From Sphaerodactylus townsendi (lineage: Eukaryota), in contig NC_059425.1 of NCBI RefSeq assembly GCF_021028975.2, positions 74,710,001-74,774,000 of the forward strand: a DNA stretch of 64,000 nt, in the 5' to 3' direction. Shown here one piece after another: positions 12,401-23,023 of the stretch. The notes beneath the pieces were generated by a model, which saw nothing but the letters and a program-made list of their open reading frames with translations, made no database searches and was not told where the DNA came from. The translations under genes were made by a program, and so were the position numbers. Position 1 is the stretch's first letter. Every line of letters begins with the position of its first letter.

Positions 12401-15400
12401 ACAGGAGTTCTCTCTCTTGTTTAGTAGAAGGTTTTCCTACATGTGGTGTGCGGTATGTTACTACAATCCTTAAACTTTAAAATTAGGATACTTGGCTGAT
12501 ACCCATACCAAAGTGTAAATAAATTCCTAGAAAATGTATAAGCCTGCTGATATCTGTTAATGTACTAACTTTTGTTGCCAAGCAAGAAAGGAGTTAAAGT
12601 ATCCCCTCTATCTGTCAATTAAATTTGTAAAAAAGCACTGCAAAAAGAACTGCTGAAGTGGGGAATTCTTGCATATGTTCACTTATATACATGTGTGGGA
12701 TTTTTGTTTTGCCATTTTCAGAGTGGGAGCTGATATCACTGTGCTACGTGAAAGGGAGGTGGATTATGACAGTGACATTCCCAGGAAGATAACAGAAGTT
12801 CTTGTCCGAAAGGTCCCAGACAACCAGCAGGTAACAGCCCACTTCAATTTGAATGCCTTCTAATATGGAGGCTCACTCTTCAGGAGGTGGAATTTGACAG
12901 TGAATTGGAATCTTGTGCCATGGAGGCACAATTCTAGAATGTTCCATTTTAGGAAACTGTCCATCAGGAAGACTTGATGGATGGGCTGGGGAAGTCCTAG
13001 AAGCCTTTTCACTTTCTGAGTGCCACCTTCTAGACCTTGCTCAGTTTTTGGAGGCCAAAATAACTGATTCTAAATTCTTGGTATTGGTGGTGTTGTATCA
13101 CAAAGTACTATGCATATTCTCCAAATTACCCTGGATCCTAGCAGATTAATTTGCAAGACAAAGTCCAAGTCAGAATTTGCATTTCAGAAACAACCATCTC
13201 TATGAATGCATTCAATTTCTTTTTTAAAAATTATAGTTTCCCCTTTTCCCCCCATAAGTTCTTAGATTTGCGAGTAGCTGTGCTTGGGAATGTGGATTCA
13301 GGCAAGTCAACTCTACTAGGTGTCCTGACACAGGGAGAGCTGGATAATGGGCGAGGCAGAGCTCGTCTCAATCTGTTCCGGCACCTGCATGAGATCCAGT
13401 CAGGGAGGACATCCAGCATCAGCTTTGAAATCCTTGGCTTCAACAGCAAAGGAGAGGTATGGGTCCCCAGCTATGGGAATTGAGTTGCCATTTTACTCCT
13501 CTAGGTACAAAGGATGCTGTTTTCTATGAATACTCTGTTTCTTTTGCCTTCTAGGTAGTAAACTACAGTGACTCACGAACAGCTGAGGAGATCTGTGAGA
13601 GTTCCTCCAAGATGATCACCTTCATTGACTTGGCTGGCCATCACAAGTACTTGAAAACCACCATATTTGGACTCACAAGTTATTGCCCAGACTTTGCCAT
13701 GCTGGTGGTTAGTGCTAATACTGGAATTGGTGAGTGCATGTTCTCATTTGATCTACTATTGAGATTTTTTAGAACTACCGTAACATCTGATTAAAAGATG
13801 GTGTGTATACCTGTGTACTTTCCAACCATCTTTCATCAAGGTTATGAGTTTTTGTTGGTGCCATCTTCATGACAATGTACAGTAAATGTTTTCAGCAGGG
13901 TGATCGCAGAGTGTCACGTGTAACTAGGTTTGAGGTCCCTGCCTTCTCTCAGATTGTCTTTTCCAACATCATGTCTTATACAGCAGGTACAACACGAGAG
14001 CATCTAGGCTTGGCTATGGCCCTGAAGGTCCCTTTCTTCATAGTCATTAGCAAAGTGGACTTGTGCTCAAAAGCCACTGTGGAACGGACAGTGAAGCAGC
14101 TGGAGCGGATCCTGAAGCAGCCTGGTTGCAACAAGCTCCCCTTGCTGGTAACATCGGATGATGACGCTGTCACAGCAGCCCAGCAGTTTGCACAGTCTCC
14201 CAAGTAAGACTTGTTATGTCCCCTTTTTCTGGAAGTGGGAATGGAAGTCACTTGATAGCATTGGGTCAACTATGACTAAATGGTTGGAAGGGAGAGAAAT
14301 ATTAGGCCCTGTGTGGTTTGGTAGTGATGAAAATATGAGGGATGGCATAACTGGTTCCTGAAGAAGCAATTGGGGACTTGTTCCTCCTGTAGCCTGATCC
14401 TGTGTATCTTTATTTGGGTGCTGGTCCTATTGAGTTTAAAGGTGCTTTTTGCCTGATAACTGTACTTAGAACTGTAGTCTGCATAAAGCACTGTCCCTAT
14501 ACTTGCTTGTCTGCTGTGAAGTCCTTCCTGTGCCTTCAGTCTGGTCCCCAGGAGTTTAAAAAACCTTGTAGCTGTTCTGAGCCACTGTTTGGTGACAGTG
14601 TCTGACCATTTTCCTTACTCCCAGAGAGTACTGAAAACATAGTGGGAGACAACTGCTGCTACCAGCAATTCTGAGAGTATCTCTTGCTAAAGGGAATTGC
14701 ACGCCTGGCACTTTGTACCTGCGTTGCTGCTTAGTTGCTGCACTTTTTGTTTTGCCCCTGCTAGCTACTGCAGGGGTAGTGTACTGCAGCTTTTCAGTTT
14801 CAGGCTATCTCACGCCAGTTCACAGCTGGGTCCTAACTCAAAATGCAGTCCCACTATTTGAAATGTTTGAAATATTGGGATGAATACTAGGTGTTAGGAT
14901 AGAGAGATGCAGGGATCCTTAAAAGCAGGGGAGCCCTGATCTCAAAGAAAACATTCTTTCTCTGGGAACAGGACTGCAAAAATATCAAATTGCAAACTTG
15001 GAGGAGATGAATTTCCTGTATGAGCACAGATCAGCAGGATGAGAGTGACCATTTGTCCACCTGCCATCAAGGAGCAAGATAGGTGGTGATTTACAGGTAG
15101 CGAGTGGGTTCATGTATGTTGATTGGAGAAAAGGTACACATGGAGATCCACTTTCAGTTTCATGATAAGTCAAAGATTAACCCTCCCAGCCAGAATAGAA
15201 AGACATTTCTGTTAGTCGTGCTGTTAGTCTGTCTAGACATTCTGTCAGTTTTGCTAGCCAAGGGACAAGAACAGGAAACTAATGAAGTCTGTCTGGATCA
15301 GTCTGTAGTTCCAACGTTTTTGTAGGCTTACTTCCATTCCAGGGAAGGGAATGCATTGATGCTGTCATTAGAACTGTGATGGGAACTAACAAATTTCCTC

Positions 15401-18400
15401 CCCTACTCTGTGAAAACACATGGCCACAACTTATGTACTTATATTCGATCTGAGCTATACAGTTGTCTTCCAGCTGGAATTGTCATTATTAGGTATCATC
15501 TGAAGAAATACAAAATATTTCTCAGCCCATGAAAAATAACTCAACCAGAAGGAATCCTTGTGAATTCAGGGTAAACAGTTAACTGCTGGGCTGGTATAAT
15601 CCATATGGATCCATTGCAGGAAAACCTTTGTTAATTCATCACTCATGGGGAGTGGGAGTTGCTAGTTTATCAAATGTGCCACATACTCTTAACATTATTC
15701 TGTCCCATTCCTACTGAGAAGAATCCCCAGCAACCATACCCTACCCCACTGGGAATACCACAATGACAGCTCCCATGCCTGGCAGGACTCTTCCCCTTGC
15801 TACAGAGCCATTAGCAAGAAAATAAGCAAGCCAGCTCTACCAGAGCCACTCCTGAGAGCGCAAGGCAGGCTGAGGTACTTGAGAACATCAGATGGCACTG
15901 ATGACTGTTGGAGGCCCAGAGTAGTGGCAACGATCAGGCTGGCCTGCTGGAGAGGTGGAAATGGTGCACATGACCAAAGGCATAGTGATATGCTGGATAA
16001 AGGGGGTGAGGTTGCCCCCTGCAATGCCAGTTAAGTAGGTATTCTGGATAACAAAGATTGTAGTTTGCTTTGGGATAATCTGCTCCAAACCAGAGTGGTG
16101 GGTTTTTTAGTCACCAGTTGAATTCTTTCTTGTGTGTTTACAGTATCACTCCAATCTTCACCTTATCAAGTGTTTCTGGAGAGAACCTGGATCTCGTGAA
16201 AGTTTTCCTCAACATCCTTCCTCCTCTTACTAACAGCAAAGAGCAAGAGGATCTAATGCAGCAGCTTACTGAATTTCAGGTATACAAGGGTCTCTTCTTT
16301 CACTGGGGGTCTCGGTACTACCTCCATTGTTTGCAAGGGCAAGCACCTCTTGCATTCTTTCCATTGAGAGGTGAAAGTGTAGCGATCCATGGAAATAATG
16401 AATCTTAATTTATATATGAAAATAGATTTCACTTATGTTCCTGTTACCATTTAATTGCTTCTGAACCTTTTTCAGCTCTGAAAAAACATCTAGGGATTGT
16501 TCCTAAGTTCTAGGGAGGAAGGCCATGTGTTGACTCTCTGTCTCAGTTGTTGCAGTTGTATAGCTGAAGTGCCTGTTTCTGTCTGATTGCAGGTGGATGA
16601 AATCTACACAGTGCCTGAAGTGGGCACTGTTGTTGGAGGAACTCTGTCAAGGTGGGTGCTGCTCCATGCACAAAGTCTTGGGGTTGGCATGAATAAGGAG
16701 GCAATGCAAAGAACTTTAGGCCTGCAGAAGATTGGCCATGTAGCTGAGCATTTCCTGTTCTCATTGTAGACCTAGGAGTGCTCTGTGTGTCACTGCCTTG
16801 GGTCCCCTGCAATAGTCCTAATAATCCCCGAGTGCTGCACAGAAGTTCCCTACCTCTGAGTGGAACTGAGCCACCTGGGAGAGCTTCCCCTGCCAGGCCA
16901 CCCAATCTGCACAGCACCAATATGGTGACTGCACGGCCGTGCAACTTACAGGGAACATTGGCCCCATTTTGCTGGCAAGAAGCAAAATACAAATACTGTA
17001 ACTAGAACCAATTACTGTTTCACCTGTGACCAAAGGGAGTCAAATTGAATTGCAAAGACAGAAGCAACCGTGAAACCATGTCTTAAAAGATCTTGTGTGC
17101 CCATCTGTACAGATAGGTGTGCTATCTATTATTTGGAGAATATAAGACTCCCATGTTCTCTTGAAGTGAAGCTGTTGTTCTGGGTATCGAAAGCAAGCAA
17201 CAGAGGAATGGTTTAACCTTGTGAATGGGAGCTAAATATGGTCTCTGGATTTTGTGCATTTGCCAGTGGAATATGTAGAGAGGGAGAGAACCTGGTGGTT
17301 GGTCCAACTGATGATGGCAAATTCCTCCAGCTGAAAGTGTGCAGTATCCAGCGGAATCGTTCAGCGTGCCGTGTGCTTCGGGCTGGGCAGGCTGCTACAC
17401 TTGCCCTTGGACACTTTGATCGCTCACTACTGCGCAAAGTGAGTCCACCTCTTATCTCTGGAGCTATGGTTTTGAGACTCCCCTTCACCTTTCTTGGAAT
17501 TGTGTCCTGAGTTGAAGCTATTGTGAAGGGTTGCAGACTGTGGTTCCTCTGGAAGATACTCTGGTTTCTTTTCAATAGGCATTTTGACTCAGGTTGGGAA
17601 TAATGGAATAAGAGTCTTCAGATGGAAATCTTAAACTTGACCATGAACTTAAAGCCATAGAGCAGAAATTGGTCATTAGGTTGTTACTCACCCGCCCTGG
17701 TCCCTTACCTGGGTAGTCTTCCTGTATATATTTTCTCTGCTATCCCTCCATTCTGTAAATCTGGGTAACAACCAGCTTCTTGCAACTGAAGAACATCGGG
17801 AAAGATGGTAGTAGCCTGTTTCTGTACCTTTGGCAGAAACAGTTGGCTCTTGTGCTGGAGTCCCTCTAGCCGAGAGATTGTATCCATGCAGTAGAACAGA
17901 TGTTGAATCATTAACTCATTTTTTTTCTTTAGTTGTGGCTTATTTTTCACTCCAAGGGCTTGCTTTATAACCCCTCTTGTGCTGTGTTTCCTGTCTTCTC
18001 GCATGATTTTCACTTTTTATTTCTTACGACTGGTAAAATAAGGGAATTACATTCTCTGTAGTTAAATGTATTCTTTCTGCTGTTAAAATTAGGAGCTTGC
18101 ATGTATTACCTCAACCCAAGGATTGAACACTTTTTATTTAGTTTAATATTTGATACTTGTTTTTTGATTTGCCGAAAGTGCTTTGGCACGTAGGCACTGA
18201 CATTTCTGAACTGGAACAGGTAGTAGCCCCCTTTTTGTCTGTGGGATAGGAAGGGATGGGTGCTGCTGTCAAGAGAACTGGCCTAACACTCTTACTGTCT
18301 CCCTTAGGGTATGGTGATGGTAAGCCCAGAGATGAACCCCACTATTTGTTCAGTGTTTGAAGCTGAAATTGTTCTGCTTTTCCATGCCACAACTTTCCGG

Positions 18401-19001
18401 AACGGATTCCAAGTAACAGTGCATGTTGGCAATGTGCGGCAAACAGCAATTGTGGAAAAGATCCAGGGAAAGGTAGGTCTGTGGCTGAGAAGAGTGTTGC
18501 CTTCCTCTCTTCTCAAGAAAGCACTCAGCATCTTATCCCCCTCATCAATATTTGCTGGCTATTTTATAAGCTGAGCAACCGTCCATTGCATTTAGGCCTC
18601 CTCCTTGAGATGCCTTCAATATCACCAGGGCTTTTGCTGTAGTTCAGTAGTCTCACTGAAGTAGTTCCAGAAACACTCCAGCACTTGGGGACAGAAACAT
18701 CCTCAATGGGCCACCCTTCCTTTTCTTCCTGGTTTCTGGAATCCCAAACCCAAATAGCTAGGCTAGCTATTACCTTATAATCACACCATCTCCTCTCATT
18801 CAGGACAAGCTGCGGACAGGAGAAAAGGCTGTGGTTCGTTTCAGGTTCATTAAACATCCTGAATATTTGAAGATAGGAGCCAAGCTCCTGTTCCGCGAAG
18901 GAGTTACCAAAGGTATTGGACATGTCACACATATCCAAGCAATCACCATTGGAGAGAATGGCTTAGAAGAAGGCCTAAGCTCGGTGCTGGTCAGTTTCTG
19001 A
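7590..19001 (+). CDS. GTPBP2: GTP-binding protein 2 (translational GTPase, ribosome rescue), complete, 12 coding exons, 607 aa
   Basis: Exons (all GT-AG, phases consistent, total 1824 nt): 7590-7769, 11203-11229, 11786-11970, 12722-12830, 13259-13456, 13555-13729, 13984-14203, 16144-16279, 16593-16651, 17267-17438, 18308-18472, 18804-19001. Starts [14 protein letters not shown]; G1 GNVDSGKS, G3 DLAG, G4 SKVD; ends ...[11 protein letters not shown]. Confidence 0.98.
9356..9492 (-). mobile_element. L2-type 3' stub with (TAA)n tail
   Basis: (ATT)n microsatellite 9355-9415; stem-loop CCGCCC..GGGCGG; TSD AAACATTT (9348-9355 / 9493-9500). Confidence 0.7.
9640..9990 (-). mobile_element. Degenerate L2 ORF2 remnant
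   Basis: [23 protein letters not shown] resembles the L2 motif GLP...LQLVQNAAARLLT. Confidence 0.55.
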
Positions 19002-20849
19002 CTTGCATTGGATCTCTGAGATCTCCTGATGACAGCAATAGAGGAAGGGGAGGAGCCGCCTCCCACCCACCATCTGGAGTTTCTGCTTGGTCTGTCTTTT
19101 TACATCGGCATCTTTCTTCCGTACCACAGAGGGTTGCTGAACTGAGTGCTCTGGAGCAAGTTGAGAATGTTTGCACTTCACCTGCTTCATTTCGTTGCTT
19201 TCCCTGAAGTACACAAAGAGTGGCTGCATCTTTTTCCAGGCCTGGCAACAACTGGGTTTGTTGACTTTTGTTGGAAGTTATTTCTGAGTAGAGGGCAAAG
19301 CCCTGTGGGTGTTGGATTGTAGCTGAGGGATTCTGCCACCTGTGAGGCAAGAATAATTGACCCACTTCAGCCTTCTGGGCTCAGTCCCTGTTTGGTCCAG
19401 CTTTGCAGATTGTCACAGATGAGCTGAACAATTTGCACTGCTCACAGTGCAGCTCAGGACCTTTCTAATCATTTTTAAATTATTGCTGGTTTCATTTTAA
19501 ACAGATAGTTCCTCAATTTTAATTAGTGTACTGGATTTTAGTAGCTTAATTTCCACGATGTTTTTTAAAGGGTTGGCGCAAGGAAGGAACATATCCCTGA
19601 AATAGCCTTTATTTGATGGTAATAATAATAATACCCCCTTCCCCTCATATCATGGCTATGAAGTTGTTAACAGCTACTCTCTTCCTCAGTAGAGCTGACA
19701 AGATTTCCTAAAGGAGTTCTAGACCAGTGTGGAGATCTCATGCACCTCAGTATTTGCTGGCTGTTTCCTCAGCTGAGCTCCTGCTGTTGGTAGCCTTAAC
19801 TGAGATGGCCTTATGTTCTGATGAGTTTCCCTGATGAATCCATGGGTACCCAAGCCTAATGTGTTCCTCGATAAACTTGCCTTAATTTGACATGGTCAAA
19901 CCAGTAAGAGGTGTTTGGCCATCACAGGGAAGCTTGAGACTTTACTGTAGTTATCATGATTCCCATTCAGCCTTTCTAACTCCAGCTTTTTGCTTACGTT
20001 AGCTTTATTCTTGACAGACAACCATCTCTACACCTACAGTATGCAACTGAAGCTATGGTCCTGACATTTGTATGCTATGGGACAGTTTTCAAGCATACAG
20101 AAAGCTGTGCCTCTTGAAGGATGTTGAAATTGACAACAGTGTTTTTGCTTAATTATTCCTATATATTTCAGCTGCTGTTTCAATAAGGGTTGAAGTAGTC
20201 AGGAGTTAACATGGCCAGTGAGGAGAATGACCTGTACTAAAATGCTCCTTCTATTACCATGTTTTGCTTTATCTTGTCCTGTTCAGAGAAGACATTTTTA
20301 TAACTGCTGATAGTGCCACACAGATGGCTGAGTTATGTTTTCTTTCAAAGCATATTGGAACCCGTGATTGCTCTCCTTCCTGGTGATGCTCCTTGCACTT
20401 CCGCTGGTCATTTGCCTTCATTTGATGGGAGAGGAGAAGAACATCAGTCCGTTTAATCTGAGTATCATGTCTTAGGAGACATTATCCATCCCAGCTCTCC
20501 CTTAATCAGTCAGTGTGGTTCCATGTGCACAGCACTCTTGATCACACCTGATTATGAAAAAGAAACTGATCTCATAGTGTATACCAGGCTTGGTCTGGCC
20601 ACATTGCCAGTGTCAATCTGCCCTGTAGCAAAGGAGTGTTTTATTATCACTGTGAGTTATAGTGAGTTATTCAGTTGCAAACTTTCAAGGTGCTGTTTCA
20701 ACCCTTGTGAAAGATGACGTTTGGTTGTCTCCCACCCTTGCCTTCTATTGCGTGAGTGTTCTCAGTGCCATGCTTTTCATGTTCATGGTTTGTGTGGATT
20801 CTTTGAAGCAGCGAGGTGTTTTGGCCTCCTATCTATATATAATGTACAA

Positions 20850-20855
20850 AATAAA
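20850..20855 (+). terminator. Probable GTPBP2 polyadenylation signal
   Basis: AATAAA preceded by TGTA (CFIm site) and followed by T/GT-rich sequence, about 1.85 kb after the stop codon. Confidence 0.65.
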
Positions 20856-22499
20856 GATGTTTTATTGAATAATACTTGGTTGTAATGTCAGGGCAACAGT
20901 AATGCTGCTGAGAAATGACAGCATCAGTGTGTTAAGATGTTGAGCTGCCTCCTGTAAAATCCCTATTGCATGAAAAGGGGCAAGTACACACACTGTTTAC
21001 CTGCTTATCTGATCTTCCGGAGCATGTGCTTGAGAACCTTACCAGTCTGAGCATAGCAATTTGGGTATGAAATTTGGGTATGAAAGAAGCAACTGAAGAG
21101 AGCAAATAGTTGCATAATTAATTTAGCTGGCTGCTACCTAAAGAATGGAGATGGAGTGTCACATTCCGGTTGCTTTCTATGTCTCATTTTCTTGTCTTAA
21201 TTATACCCTAGAGTCACTTAACTGGTTTAGTGACCTCTACATGCTTTTTCTGTAATGGGACAGTTGCTGCCAAACAAAGGGTTATTGAAACTGCAGAACT
21301 GACGTCACTGGTGTTCTTAACATTAGCAAGAACAGGAAAGAGAGAGAAATATTTTCCCTTGAAAGAGAAAATAGCAATCAAGGTCATTGCAGAACTAAAA
21401 ATCGTAGTATACTTCTGTACTTCTCTAGTCCTTCCTTTGGTTATTTTTGCTGTAACTTTCCCAGTATATAATTCAGCTGGGCCCCTTCTTAAACCATCTC
21501 TCATCTGAGCATCATAACCTCACCTACACAAACTATTTATGTGTTGCTGGAGTAAGAACTCCCAATCTTAGCTCTTTCAGCTCCGAATAATCCATGTTTT
21601 AGAACAGTGTCAGAAATTGAGGTAGCATTTCCCATGAAATTTATTTAACTTATGAATGCCTGCAGCATATATCACTACTTGGGTTGCCAACCTCCTACTG
21701 AAAAAAAAAGTGTTACCCCTTGAATAGCATTTAATGTGTGGAAACAGGCATGTGGAACTGTTTCATAGCACGGAGATAAGTTAACATCACCTCCCAAATA
21801 ACATTCCATTTCACTTTTTAAAAGGACAGGAAACACTTTTTCCATGCTACTGGCAACTCCATCAACCAAAGAAGTATAGCTAAACACCAGTACAATTTAG
21901 GTGTTTTTGTTAATGTAGAAAATCTAGTTTATACACATAGCCTGAAAAGTTCACAAACAGTAATCTACAACTGGATTTCAGTTTGTTGGCCTGAAGTGGT
22001 GTGTATGCAGAAATCTGGTTACCCTGCTTGAACCTATTTTCCTTTCATGCTGCAGTCTTTCCTCAGGGTCTCCTATTTCCAGCTGCAGCTTCAGGGGGAG
22101 GGAAAGGGCAATAAAGTTCCACCCCAGCAATGGAAAATATGGTCTGGATCCAACCTTATGTACAACTTACTTCAGCAGCATCAGTGTCATTGACTTTTTT
22201 CTTGACATATCAATTTAAAGGGGACTTTCTAAAAGTAGTTAACAGCTGCTTGTGTCCAAGAGGTCTTCACAATGCCAGTCCAAGAAACAGTCCGTTTTAA
22301 TGACAGTAAACCAAAAGAAGAGCAATGTTGACTGTAGCAGAAGCAGGTACTAGTACTCCATTCAGTACATGGGCAAGGAACACAACAAGTGGTGGCTCAT
22401 TAAAGACAGAACATTTATTCCCACATAGACTTCTGTGAATTACAGCTCATCAACAGATGCTTGGAGAATAACAACATTAGGGGATGTAAAGTGCCTCTG

Positions 22500-22640
22500 T
22501 CCTGACTTGGATGGCCCAAGCTAGCCTGATTTTGTCAGATCTCAGAAGCTAAGCAGCATCAGGCCTGGTTAGTATTTGGATGGGAAACCACCAAGGAAGT
22601 CCAGTGTCACTATGGAGAGGCAGGCAATGGCAAATACCCT
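22500..22640 (+). mobile_element. 5S rRNA-derived SINE downstream of the POLH stop (antisense to POLH)
   Basis: GATCTCAGAAGCTAAGCAG..GCCTGGTTAGTATTTGGATGGGAAACC matches the 5S internal control region, but with non-5S flanks. Confidence 0.75.
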
Positions 22641-22820
22641 GTAAAATCTGTTGCCAACACAAGGCTAATGCAACACATACTTTATCAGAGAATCTGTATT
22701 CTTGCAGAAGTCAAAATGGGAGTGACCAACACTTCTTGTTTTCTTCAATTATGTAGCTGGCCACACAGATCCAGCTGATCTCAAGAGCATCAGCAGACCA
22801 TAGCAAATTTAAAAACAGTG

Positions 22821-22826
22821 TTTATT
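22821..22826 (-). terminator. Candidate proximal POLH polyadenylation signal
   Basis: TTTATT on plus (AATAAA on minus) about 200 nt after the POLH stop; other candidates at ~22930, ~22414 and 20861. Confidence 0.4.
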
Positions 22827-23023
22827 GTATTTCATCATAAAGTTTAATCGTGAGACAGGCAAAAGGTACAGTTAAGGTAACTATCTTTTGCAGTTCCTGA
22901 CGCTCTAAAGAACACCAGCTGGGAATAATTTATTAGTCATATTTTTAAAAGATGGGACACAGAATTCAAAGGTTCACCTTCTTTCTCTGAGATAAGGCTT
23001 CAGCTGTCCAGGTAAATGTCAGT

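Noticed and set aside
22530-22600. 5S rRNA gene
   Set aside because: Only the internal part is 5S-like, with several substitutions and SINE-type flanks.
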